64,000 nucleotides of DNA from a virus. Position 1 is the stretch's first letter; each line of letters opens with the position of its first letter. Below are positions 19,169-27,734 of the stretch, one piece after another. The position numbers were made by a program, and so were the translations under genes. The notes under the pieces are model-generated. The model searched no databases. It saw only the letters and a list, made by a program, of their open reading frames with translations, and was not told where the DNA came from. The DNA lies in the IMG/VR virus record IMGVR_UViG_3300009506_000005, positions 1 to 64,000 of that record. One strand, given 5' to 3'.

Positions 19169-19826
19169 CAAGCCAGCGATCGGGAATCTCGTCAGGTTTA
19201 TCTATCTCAGTGGAGGAGAGAAACAGGAGCACTCCGGGGACATCTTCAAGATCACAAGCAAGCGGCGCGTCATCGCCGAGGCCTCCGGGATCGGCGTCTA
19301 CCAGGGGATATCGTTGAAGCGGATCTTAGAGATGCACTTCACGCCAATCGGCGGGATGGATGGCTGGGTCCTCTTCTGCTTCGAGGAGCAGAGGGCGATC
19401 GGAAAGCGCCTCTTTGACAAGCGGGTGAAGAAGCTGGAGCGGACGTTGGAGAGGAAGAGAGGCATTCGCATCCGCATGGTCAAGCAGCCCCCGGTGACGA
19501 TCGAGGAGATGGCTCCAACATGCAACATCGGGATTGTGGGCAACGCGGAGAAAGGCTCTGTGCAGACGCCCATCCTGTTCCCGGCGCCGAAGATGAGGGT
19601 CAGGATCGGGCGCCTGGGATTCCATACTTCGAAGGATCTGGACCTCCGGGCCTATCGCCAGTTGTGGTGGAGGTTCTACTGGCGGCGCGGTGACTACGAT
19701 CCGGCCGCTGAATTTCGCGAGACCTTCGGAGACAGTCCATGTCTCTGCGAGAAGTCCATGGAGCTGTTCCGCAAGACGGGGAAGCCACTCCATCTCGTCC
19801 CGATGTCAGATGGTGAGACGAAATGA
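19158..19826 (+). CDS. Hypothetical protein
   Basis: SD GAGGAGG; coupled to neighbours. Confidence 0.55.
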   Translation: MPDSKPAIGNLVRFIYLSGGEKQEHSGDIFKITSKRRVIAEASGIGVYQGISLKRILEMHFTPIGGMDGWVLFCFEEQRAIGKRLFDKRVKKLERTLERKRGIRIRMVKQPPVTIEEMAPTCNIGIVGNAEKGSVQTPILFPAPKMRVRIGRLGFHTSKDLDLRAYRQLWWRFYWRRGDYDPAAEFRETFGDSPCLCEKSMELFRKTGKPLHLVPMSDGETK

Positions 19827-20542
19827 ACGAAGAGAAGCTGTCTACATTTCGAGATCCAATAGAGGCTGTGCGCAACGAGGCAATCGACGCGCTGTGCGCC
19901 CGCAATGCAGAACTCCAATTCCAGCTTGACCAGGTGAGCGCACGCCGCGCCGAGGCAGTGGAGAAGATCGAGGAGTACCGCGGGAAGCTCGCAGAGTTGA
20001 GGGAGGAATGCGAGTGTAATAGAGACTACGCCGATGGAGTGCAGGAGGAGCGCCACATCCTATATGATGATCTGAGGGCGCTCAATCGACTCATGGACGG
20101 CGAAGAACTAGATGATGACGTCGATCCGGTTGATGGACTCAGGGAATCCATTGAAGCATGGCAGGCCGATCATCTTGATCTGCGGCGTGAAATAACGTCA
20201 TTGAGCAATCAGCTCGCCACTGCTCGTGGCCATTTGGCTGCGAGAAATTTGAAGATAGCCGCTGTCACAAAACGTGTAGATAAAGCGGAGGCTGAGGCAG
20301 ATCGATTGCTGAAAAACGAGCGGGATGTGTCTTGCGTGATCGATCTGATCAGGGACAGCAAATATGTGGAGCTAGAGGTTGAGGACTGTGGCTACAAAGA
20401 TCATGTAGAGCGCACATACGAGACGGCTGGCCAGGGATCGGAAATGTTCGTCAGATGCCCTGACGGAGGGAACCTGCCCCTCTCCTCATTTCTCTCGAAG
20501 ATCGTTTGCATTCTGCAAGCTGACAAGGAAGGCGCGTTTTGA
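19823..20542 (+). CDS. Coiled-coil hypothetical protein
   Basis: Heptad repeats; ATGA overlap. Confidence 0.55.
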   Translation: MNEEKLSTFRDPIEAVRNEAIDALCARNAELQFQLDQVSARRAEAVEKIEEYRGKLAELREECECNRDYADGVQEERHILYDDLRALNRLMDGEELDDDVDPVDGLRESIEAWQADHLDLRREITSLSNQLATARGHLAARNLKIAAVTKRVDKAEAEADRLLKNERDVSCVIDLIRDSKYVELEVEDCGYKDHVERTYETAGQGSEMFVRCPDGGNLPLSSFLSKIVCILQADKEGAF

Positions 20543-21402
20543 ACCACGAGAACATGACAGCCGAAGAGCGGGCGCGGGAGATGCGCCGCCAATCCCACGA
20601 GCGTCTGGCAGAGATCCTCAAGGAGGCGCAGCGCGAGGCGATCCGTGTCCAGGCGTTTGACGAGGTGCTGGGGGAGGACACGCTGGAGGGGTCCATCGCG
20701 CGCCCTTTCTTGGCCTTCTCGGAATCGCACCCAGCGAGGGCGCTGCCCCCTCCGTCCGAGGACTCGGCGGAACCATCGAGCCCATCACCATCGACATCAC
20801 CGCCGCCTCGAACGAAGAAGACGGTGGCGGGATCGGAGCGCCTGAAAGAGCTGGCGTCAGCGCTCAAGAACTTGGGCTTCAAGACGGGCCAGGTGGCGAA
20901 GGCCATCCGCGAGATCCCGGAGGAGGACATCGAGGACGAGCCCTTCGAGGATCTGGTCAAGAAGGCCCTGTCTCTACTGGGGAAGAAGAATGGGAAGAGC
21001 ACACCGCCTACCAAGAAGAGGCGGGTGGTGGCGCGGAAGAAGGTGGCCGTCAAGAAGAAGAAGGTGGCGGCGAAGAAGAAGCCGGAGAAGAAGGCGAAAC
21101 GACAGCGGACATCCTCCTCCGGCGTCTCCGTAAAAGAGCGCATAAAGATGGTGCTCGAACGCCACGGCGCCGCGTGGCTGACATCGCGCGATATTATCGA
21201 CCTCGCGATGCAGGAGTTCAAAGACCGGATCGCCTACCAGAACGTGGTCAACGCGATCGCCCTGGAAAAGAAGCGGCCGGACACGTGGCTGCGGGTCTAC
21301 TCCCAGGGGCGCGGGAAGCGGGCGTGGTACTCGTTACACCCGAGGAGCGGAGGAACCGCACCGAGCGTGCCGGAAGGCGCGCTGGCCCGGAACAAAGGAT
21401 AG
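20539..21402 (+). CDS. Protein with RuvA C-terminal-like domain, Lys-rich linker and winged HTH
   Basis: ELASALKNLGFK..QVAKAI..FEDLVKKALSLL resembles RuvA domain III; KKVAVKKKKVAAKKK tract. Confidence 0.65.
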   Translation: MNHENMTAEERAREMRRQSHERLAEILKEAQREAIRVQAFDEVLGEDTLEGSIARPFLAFSESHPARALPPPSEDSAEPSSPSPSTSPPPRTKKTVAGSERLKELASALKNLGFKTGQVAKAIREIPEEDIEDEPFEDLVKKALSLLGKKNGKSTPPTKKRRVVARKKVAVKKKKVAAKKKPEKKAKRQRTSSSGVSVKERIKMVLERHGAAWLTSRDIIDLAMQEFKDRIAYQNVVNAIALEKKRPDTWLRVYSQGRGKRAWYSLHPRSGGTAPSVPEGALARNKG

Positions 21403-21830
21403 TCGGGAGGAACTGTTCACGTGGAGTCACGGAGCCGAGCAAGAAGATCACGAAGGCGAAGCTCGAACCAGGGCGTCTTGCCTACCCAGAGAAGATCAGG
21501 CGCCCGCGGTCTCGCGCTGAGTGCGGCCTCGTCCCGCGCCCTTGTGTATTCGTTGGCTGCCCTTTCAACCTGTACCTCGATGTCAACGAAGCCACCGGCG
21601 GTATCAAGTACAACTTCCCGGAGGTCGAGCCTGACGAGATGCAGGATTCCTGCGCCTTGGATCTGGCCGAGGAGGGCGGCCTCACTCTCGAAGATGTGGG
21701 GGCCGTCATGAACCTGACGCGGGAGAGGATCAGGCAGATAGAGATGAGCGGGCTGGCGAAGCTCGCCGAAGACACCGTGATGGAAAAGATGGCTGGAGAG
21801 GCGGCCGAGGAAAGGGGAAAGAAAGAATGA
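21324..21830 (+). CDS. Cys-rich sigma70 region-4 DNA-binding protein (start uncertain)
   Basis: RPRSRAEC..PRPC..VGC..NLYLDV..SCALD followed by LTLEDVGAVMNLTRERIRQIE. Confidence 0.8.
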   Translation: MVLVTPEERRNRTERAGRRAGPEQRIVGRNCSRGVTEPSKKITKAKLEPGRLAYPEKIRRPRSRAECGLVPRPCVFVGCPFNLYLDVNEATGGIKYNFPEVEPDEMQDSCALDLAEEGGLTLEDVGAVMNLTRERIRQIEMSGLAKLAEDTVMEKMAGEAAEERGKKE

Positions 21831-22561
21831 TCAAGCTCAGTGAATACAACACCGGCGACCGGGTGTGGGGGATGGAGCTTCCCCCCGTTTCCGAGGCTCC
21901 GAATCTTGACATCAAGGAAGTCTCGGCCCTGTGCAATCTGAGGCCGCAGGAGTTTATTTTCCTCTCGCCAAACAAGAGCGGCTTCGAAGCGCTCTTGGCG
22001 CACGCAGAAACAGGCGTGGTGAGTTCATGGCCACCGGAGAAGCTCTTCCTTGATCGCCCGAAAGCCATCTCCTCAGTGCAGGAAGAGATCCGCGAGAAGA
22101 TCACCCAGCTGGAGACGGCTCTCGCCCGGAACAGCAAGCTGCTCGGGGAGAAGGAGGATGGTGCCGAGGCAGGCGGCCACAACACGGCGGCCGACATCCA
22201 GGATCTGGAGAAGCGTCTGTCCCACGCCAACGGCGCGCTCGAAGACATCCGGACTCTCGCCACGTCCTGCGTGGGTAAGGACGACCCCGAGCAGTTGCAC
22301 AAGTTCGCCCAGGCTATCCTGGAGCGGATTCTCACGAGCGCCTCATCCGAGTGGTCGGAGCCCGGCTGGTATCGACACGAGTGGGAGGAGGAGCTCTGGG
22401 AGCGCTACCTTTCCGGCGACCTCAAGGCGTGCGCCACTGACGCGCCCTCGATCGAGGTGTCCCGCTCACTGTTCAGCAAGAAGGGTGATCCCGCCGACCT
22501 GCCCAGGAACCAGATCCTGGAGGGGATGGAGAAGGCCGAGCAAGAGAAGGCGTCCGAGTAG
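21827..22561 (+). CDS. Hypothetical protein
   Basis: ATGA overlap, phage-like codon usage. Confidence 0.5.
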   Translation: MIKLSEYNTGDRVWGMELPPVSEAPNLDIKEVSALCNLRPQEFIFLSPNKSGFEALLAHAETGVVSSWPPEKLFLDRPKAISSVQEEIREKITQLETALARNSKLLGEKEDGAEAGGHNTAADIQDLEKRLSHANGALEDIRTLATSCVGKDDPEQLHKFAQAILERILTSASSEWSEPGWYRHEWEEELWERYLSGDLKACATDAPSIEVSRSLFSKKGDPADLPRNQILEGMEKAEQEKASE

Positions 22562-22963
22562 ATGGGCTACGCTGGAGCAAATTGGATCGAGCGCCAGCCG
22601 GATTGTGGTGGCCTGTCCGAGCTTGGGCGCGAGGCAGCTGACCTTCTCGGTGACGTGTTCCTCGGGATCTACCATCTCAACCACCGCTCACTCTCCCGCG
22701 TAGAGTGGGGTGATTCCCGCTGTATCAGGGTGACAATCGGCCGCGAGCTGGCGACGTTTGATGGAGACGAACTCACGCGTCTCGTAGTTCTTGGTCACCA
22801 CCGGATGCTTCGGGTTGCTGTCGATGGCCGGGCCCCTGGTTTTCTCCGGGTGACGATCACGAAGAGGACTGGCCGCACCGGGAGCATGTTCGAGCGCATG
22901 CCCACGCTCGAAGACCACGCCAAGGAACTAGAGAAGCACTACCGGCGCGAGGGTGCGTGGTAA
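22562..22963 (+). CDS. Hypothetical phage protein
   Basis: LATFDGDELTRLVVLGH..LRV motif seen in small phage ORFs. Confidence 0.55.
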   Translation: MGYAGANWIERQPDCGGLSELGREAADLLGDVFLGIYHLNHRSLSRVEWGDSRCIRVTIGRELATFDGDELTRLVVLGHHRMLRVAVDGRAPGFLRVTITKRTGRTGSMFERMPTLEDHAKELEKHYRREGAW

Positions 22964-22972
22964 GGAGGTGCG

Positions 22973-23194
22973 ATGAGCGATCTCATAGCTTTCGCCATGA
23001 AGCAGGCAGCGAGGGATTTCGGAGGCGACGATGGCGTATTTAACGCGGCCGGTTTCTCCGATGCATTCACTCGCCTTTCAAGAACCAAATCCCCACTTGA
23101 TGGGCGCGTCGTCGAGGTGATGTTGTGGGGGCGGCCTGACGTGGATCAGCTTTCTGGCGGCTCACACTACAAGCTAAGGCAGAACGGAGGCTGA
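22973..23194 (+). CDS. Hypothetical protein
   Basis: SD TAAGGAGGT. Confidence 0.55.
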   Translation: MSDLIAFAMKQAARDFGGDDGVFNAAGFSDAFTRLSRTKSPLDGRVVEVMLWGRPDVDQLSGGSHYKLRQNGG

Positions 23195-23197
23195 CCC

Positions 23198-23650
23198 ATG
23201 TCAGAGATCAAGCCGAAGATGATAAATGGCAAGGCGGTGTGCGATCGCAGCTGCCCTTCATGCGAAGAGAAGTCCAACTGGACGACCGTATTCTTGTGCA
23301 GCCACACCGATCAACAGGTTTTGCAGTACGTAGACTATGATGATCCATGCGTGCCCTACTACCACGAACGGTGCGCCGAACTCGAAGCAGGGCGCGACAA
23401 GGCGATAGAGTTGGCAGTGCGCTTTGGCGGGATCGATGGCGACCACCACAAGGCATGGGTGATCGACCAGATGGTTCGAGCACTGACCGGGTGTCCGATG
23501 GTGAAGAAGACGGCGAAAGATTTTGAGGGCAAAGAGTACGAGTACGAGTGCCAGGGAGAGTCAGAAGAGTATGTGGAGCTCGTGCGCGAAGCGAAGAATG
23601 GGGAGGACGGTCCCGAAACGTACAGTTGGAATGAAGGGATAGCGCCATGA
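23198..23650 (+). CDS. Hypothetical phage protein
   Basis: GGIDGDHHKAWVIDQMVRAL..WNEGIAP motif; Cys-rich N-terminus. Confidence 0.6.
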   Translation: MSEIKPKMINGKAVCDRSCPSCEEKSNWTTVFLCSHTDQQVLQYVDYDDPCVPYYHERCAELEAGRDKAIELAVRFGGIDGDHHKAWVIDQMVRALTGCPMVKKTAKDFEGKEYEYECQGESEEYVELVREAKNGEDGPETYSWNEGIAP

Positions 23651-24345
23651 ATGACAACATCAAGCCGAGAATGGAAGATGGTATCCCGATTTGTGACAGC
23701 GATTGCCCGCCGGAGATTGGCTATTATCAGTGCGCGGTAGCCCAGGACGAGTGCCCTGCCTACTACCGATCCGCCTTAGCCGATGAGCGCAAGAAGCGGA
23801 TCGCTCTCAACAAGGGTCTGAATCAGATCCTGAATCTGTTCCCGGAATCGAAGGCAAAGCTGGGACTCAGCGGGGCACCGGCATCGTGCCATCGCGAAGA
23901 AGACTGGATGGATGAGCACGTCCAGGCCGTTGTTGCCGAAGTGGAAGACAATGTGTCCGATGCTCAGGCCGAGATTGAGCGGCTGAAACAAGAGGCATTG
24001 AATGACGCCTCTAGCATAGGTGCATACCAGGGTCGCGGAGATGGGTGGAAGCACCGCGCCGAGGAAGCGGAAGCCTCCCCGGCTAAGGTGCCGCTCATCA
24101 AGGAGATGGCAGGCGAGGAGCTGAATCGGGTTCTCGATGTCTGCGCAAAGATGGCCGAGGAGATATTGGATCGCCGCCACAAGATGCGCGACCTGGATCC
24201 GCGATGGTACATCTCTCAGGACATTGCCGAGGAATACGGTGTCGGCGTTGCCTGTGATCCAGATCGTCTCGGCAGGACGGAAGACTCCCCCGATCTGATT
24301 GATACCCTCCTCGCTACGCCATCCACCAAGAAGGAGAGCGAATGA
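23647..24345 (+). CDS. Hypothetical protein; N-terminus paralogous to preceding gene
   Basis: IKPRMEDGIPICDSDCP vs IKPKMINGKAVCDRSCP. Confidence 0.55.
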   Translation: MNDNIKPRMEDGIPICDSDCPPEIGYYQCAVAQDECPAYYRSALADERKKRIALNKGLNQILNLFPESKAKLGLSGAPASCHREEDWMDEHVQAVVAEVEDNVSDAQAEIERLKQEALNDASSIGAYQGRGDGWKHRAEEAEASPAKVPLIKEMAGEELNRVLDVCAKMAEEILDRRHKMRDLDPRWYISQDIAEEYGVGVACDPDRLGRTEDSPDLIDTLLATPSTKKESE

Positions 24346-25319
24346 TCACCTCCCGCGAAGACTGGTTGGAGGCGCGCCTCAACGGCATCGGCGGCAGCGA
24401 GGCACCCGTCATCTACAACGGCTCCGTCTACGATCGCACGATCATGGACCTGTACCTGGAGAAGCGCCGCATCGTCGAGCCCCCAGATATCAGCCACAAG
24501 CCGGACATCCAGCGAGGCAACTGGTTGGAGTCCATCGTCGCCAAGATCTATGCCAAGGAGCATGGCGTGGACGTGGACGCGCCCTTGGACAAGGTGGACC
24601 AGTGGAACCGCTTCTTCCACTGGAGTGACGAGCACCCATTCATGTTCGCGAACATCGACTTCCGGATCCGGGGCGCGAAGGTCATGGGGGAGATCAAGTG
24701 CCCGCGCGTCCGTGGCTTCATGAAGGTCTCGCGCGAGGGGCTCCACGAGCACTACCTGCTCCAGGTCATGCACGATATGGCAGTGACCGGGGACGAGCGC
24801 TGCGTCTTCCTCGTGTTCTCGGCGGAGATGTGGAAGCTCCACGTGGAGATCATCGAGCGGGACGAAGCCCTCATCTCCAAGATCATCGACGCGAATCGCG
24901 CGTTCTGGGACTGCGTGGAGCGGGGCCAGCCACCGGTGCATGAGGCGCCGGGCTCCAAGGAGAAGGTGACGGCCAAGAGCGAGAAGATGCCGGACGCCGG
25001 CGACTCGGAGATCGTGCGGCTGGAGACCCCGGACTTCTCGTCTGCCGTGAAGCAGTACCAGGAGGCCCAGGATCTGATCGCCGAGGTCACCGAGATCAAG
25101 AACGAGGCCAAGAAGCAGGCCATCGACCTCATGGGGAAAGCGGAGATCGCCGAGGGCGGCGGGTGCCGGGTCTTCCACAAGGAGGTCCCCGGGAGGAAGA
25201 CGCTGGACAAGAAGGCGCTCCAGGCCAACCACCCGGACATCGACCTCAAGAAGTTCGAGAAAGTGGGCAAGCCGTTCCGGCAGTTCAGGATATTCAACAC
25301 CTCGGCCGACGCCGAGTAA
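24342..25319 (+). CDS. YqaJ-like viral recombinase / lambda-Exo-type exonuclease
   Basis: WLEARLNGIGGSEA, GNWLE, HPFMFANID, GEIKC, YLLQVMH. Confidence 0.92.
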   Translation: MITSREDWLEARLNGIGGSEAPVIYNGSVYDRTIMDLYLEKRRIVEPPDISHKPDIQRGNWLESIVAKIYAKEHGVDVDAPLDKVDQWNRFFHWSDEHPFMFANIDFRIRGAKVMGEIKCPRVRGFMKVSREGLHEHYLLQVMHDMAVTGDERCVFLVFSAEMWKLHVEIIERDEALISKIIDANRAFWDCVERGQPPVHEAPGSKEKVTAKSEKMPDAGDSEIVRLETPDFSSAVKQYQEAQDLIAEVTEIKNEAKKQAIDLMGKAEIAEGGGCRVFHKEVPGRKTLDKKALQANHPDIDLKKFEKVGKPFRQFRIFNTSADAE

Positions 25320-25343
25320 CAACGAGAGAAGGAGAGAGATACG

Positions 25344-26309
25344 ATGCCGAAGAAGAAAGACGAACAGGACAAACAGAACCAGGCGCAAGGGAACCAGGGG
25401 CAGGAGCAGGGCCAGAACACGCAGCTCGCCAAGCCGTCTCCCCTCGCGACCATCCGTGACATGATGGTCGCGAAGAAGAACCAGTTCGCTGTGGCGCTGC
25501 CCAAGCTGATCGACCCCGCCCGCTTTATGCGCGTGGTGATGACCACCATCAAGGCCGACGGTAACCTCCTGGACTGCACCCCGGACTCCCTGTTCCGCGC
25601 GGTGCTGGCCTCGGCACAGGTGGGACTGGAGCCGGACCCCGTGCTCGGTCACGCCTACCTCATCCCGTTCTGGAACAACAAACGTGGCGTGCGCGAGGCC
25701 CAGTTCCTGATCGGCTACAAGGGGCTCATCGAGCTCGCCCGCCGCAGCGGCCAGGTCATCTCCATCTCGGCGCAGGTGGTCTACGATGCGGACGAGTTCG
25801 AGTTCAACTACGGCCTGGAGTCCGATACCCTCTCCCACAAGCCGAAGCTCGGGAACGAGGACCGGGGTGCCCCCAAGGCCGTCTGGGCGAAGGCCGTGCT
25901 CAAGGATGGCGGCCGGGCATTCGAGGTCATGTCCGTCGCCGATGTGGAGAAGATCCGCAAGATGTCCAAGGCCGGGGACTTCGGGCCTTGGAAGGACCAC
26001 TGGGATGAGATGGCCAGGAAGACCGCCGTCCGCAAGCTGGCAAAGTACCTGCCCCTCTCGCCCGAGTTCCAGCGGGCGGCCGCCATCGACGAGGCCCTGG
26101 AGCTCGGCCACTCGGCGGACCAGATCTTCGCCGAGCTCGAAGTCCTGGATGATGAGCAATCCGATCAGACCGAGCAAGGCGCTGTCGAGAGCACTGGCAC
26201 CCAGGGCAAGCTCGATGACCTCAAGAACAAGGCCGCGGCCGTGAAGGGCTCTCAGACGCCCGAGGATGGCGCCACGCCCGAGACCGGGCCCGAGGCAGCC
26301 AAGGAGTAG
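25344..26309 (+). CDS. recT: RecT ssDNA annealing protein
   Basis: GLEP..LGHAYLIPF..EAQFLIGYKGLIELARRSG; GPW..HWDEMARKT. Confidence 0.95.
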   Translation: MPKKKDEQDKQNQAQGNQGQEQGQNTQLAKPSPLATIRDMMVAKKNQFAVALPKLIDPARFMRVVMTTIKADGNLLDCTPDSLFRAVLASAQVGLEPDPVLGHAYLIPFWNNKRGVREAQFLIGYKGLIELARRSGQVISISAQVVYDADEFEFNYGLESDTLSHKPKLGNEDRGAPKAVWAKAVLKDGGRAFEVMSVADVEKIRKMSKAGDFGPWKDHWDEMARKTAVRKLAKYLPLSPEFQRAAAIDEALELGHSADQIFAELEVLDDEQSDQTEQGAVESTGTQGKLDDLKNKAAAVKGSQTPEDGATPETGPEAAKE

Positions 26310-26320
26310 GAGCGCCGGCT

Positions 26321-26364
26321 GAGCGGCGCGTGGGAAGCTCCCAGCGGGTTTTCGCGCGCCGCTT
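26321..26364 (+). terminator. GC-rich stem-loop after recT (possible terminator, no clear U-tract)
   Basis: AGCGGCGCG...CGCGCCGCT outer stem with an internal TGGGA/TCCCA hairpin. Confidence 0.4.
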
Positions 26365-26392
26365 GACTCCGGCCACCGAGCGACGGTATGGT
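26363..26392 (+). promoter_or_regulatory. Promoter TTGACT-N18-TATGGT for the replication operon
   Basis: Near-consensus hexamers; predicted TSS ~26398 coincides with the start of the structured RNA. Confidence 0.6.
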
Positions 26393-26397
26393 CGGGG

Positions 26398-26520
26398 TGC
26401 AAGTCTGAGAAAGAGGAGTTGATGACACACGCGAGCAGGAAGCGGGAGCCGAGTGGGATTGTGGCCTACCAGCCTCTTTCTCGACTTGCAGCTCGGCCCC
26501 CGCTTCGTGTCCGTGTGTGT
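26398..26520 (+). ncRNA. Structured cis-regulatory leader RNA (pseudoknot or mutually exclusive helices)
   Basis: 26398-26416 pairs 26473-26490 (18 bp, one bulge); 26425-26453 pairs 26492-26520. Confidence 0.6.
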
Positions 26521-26538
26521 GACGAGGATATCCGATGA
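26422..26538 (+). CDS. 38-aa leader peptide coupled to rep (ATGA overlap)
   Basis: SD AGAGGAG then ATG 26422; MTHASRKREPSGIVAYQPLSRLAARPPLRVRVCDEDIR*; TGA overlaps rep ATG 26535. Confidence 0.5.
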   Translation: MTHASRKREPSGIVAYQPLSRLAARPPLRVRVCDEDIR

Positions 26539-27734
26539 GAGCTCCGTACACCTGTCTCTATCGAGAAATATGGAACGACGATAAATTCACGTCCATGACA
26601 GAGATCGGGAAACTCGTATTCCTCTATGTTCTCTCTTCCCCACTTGGCAACGGCCTCGGCTGCTTCAAGGCTGGCAAGGCTGCAATGGCTGAGGATATGG
26701 AATCATTCCCGGAACGATTCGAGGAAGGATTCGAGGAAGGATTGCGGAAAGGATTGTTCGAATACAACAGCCAACGTCGAGTGCTATTGATCACGAAATA
26801 CTTCGATCGGAACCCACCGATCAATCCAAATGGCATCAAGGCGCTGGCGAAAGACTACTTGACCGTTCCTGAGTGTGATCTTAAATTCAAGTGTTATCAC
26901 ATTGTTAGGGAGTTTTGCGAAAGCAGAAAGGAATCATTCGTTGAAACATTCCTTGAATCATTCCAGGAACCATTAAGCGAATCATTGCCGGAACAACCAG
27001 GATCGATCTCCCCTTCCCCTTCCCCTTCCCCTTCCGTTTCCCCTTCCGGTACTATCTCCGATAGTACGCAGAGGGGAAGGGAACCGCGCGCAAGCGCGCC
27101 CGTCTATTCTAATAATCAAAATGATGGGGAGCAGAGGGAGGATGTTGAGCAATCTTCTCCCCCATCCTTTTCGTTGGCCTTCCCAGGGATGGAGCCTACG
27201 AAGGACCCGAAGAAAATGGGGATGCCGAACCTGGATGAGTACGACCCCGAGAGCAAGGAGTACCTCTTCCTCTTGGAGGTCAAAATCCAGTTCGGTGAAC
27301 GAGTGAACGAGTGCACGACCAGGACCTTGCAACGCTTGGCTCAAGAGTTGTGCGGTGAGCGATACAACCTTATCGATGCCCATGACATCGCCATCGAGGC
27401 GAAGAGCTGGGAGGATGACCACCCGGAAAAGAAGAAGACGGGGCGAGGAATCCCGGCGTTTTTGCGCAGGTGGTGCAAGACCGAGCAGTTCAAGAAAGAG
27501 AAGGAGGAGGCCGAGAAGGAGGCTGCCAGAGAGGGGAGGGCCTCCGAAAAGGAGAAGCCAAAGCCCAAGGGCCCCAGTAGGCACCCGGATCTCCCCTACC
27601 TCGATGAGCTCCCCGAGATGCAGGAGATAGAGCGAGACCGACAGATGCTGCGGAAGAGGGCGCGCGAGGAGGAGGCGAGGAAGCAGGCCGAGGCAGAGGC
27701 CTCGTCTGGCGGGAAGGAGGTGGCCGATGCCTGA
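26535..27734 (+). CDS. Phage replication initiator (replisome organizer-like)
   Basis: IWNDDKF..GKLVFLYVLSSP..NGLGCF N-terminal wHTH, NPPINPN, 4-aa repeats and SPSPSP linker. Confidence 0.75.
   Translation: MRAPYTCLYREIWNDDKFTSMTEIGKLVFLYVLSSPLGNGLGCFKAGKAAMAEDMESFPERFEEGFEEGLRKGLFEYNSQRRVLLITKYFDRNPPINPNGIKALAKDYLTVPECDLKFKCYHIVREFCESRKESFVETFLESFQEPLSESLPEQPGSISPSPSPSPSVSPSGTISDSTQRGREPRASAPVYSNNQNDGEQREDVEQSSPPSFSLAFPGMEPTKDPKKMGMPNLDEYDPESKEYLFLLEVKIQFGERVNECTTRTLQRLAQELCGERYNLIDAHDIAIEAKSWEDDHPEKKKTGRGIPAFLRRWCKTEQFKKEKEEAEKEAAREGRASEKEKPKPKGPSRHPDLPYLDELPEMQEIERDRQMLRKRAREEEARKQAEAEASSGGKEVADA
26700..27049 (+). repeat. 12-bp-period repeats (GGAAxCATTC/GGAAGGATTC) and TCCCCT tandem within rep; candidate iterons/origin
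   Basis: Two clusters at ~26700-26762 and ~26931-26995; (TCCCCT)n at 27009-27047; AT-richer gene. Confidence 0.55.

Noticed and set aside
24216-26402. 728-aa minus-strand ORF
   Set aside because: Antisense shadow of yqaJ-recT caused by high GC3; no motifs
26398-26520. Possible tRNA or tmRNA
   Set aside because: No T-loop (GTTCRA), D-loop or CCA acceptor geometry; the helices are too long
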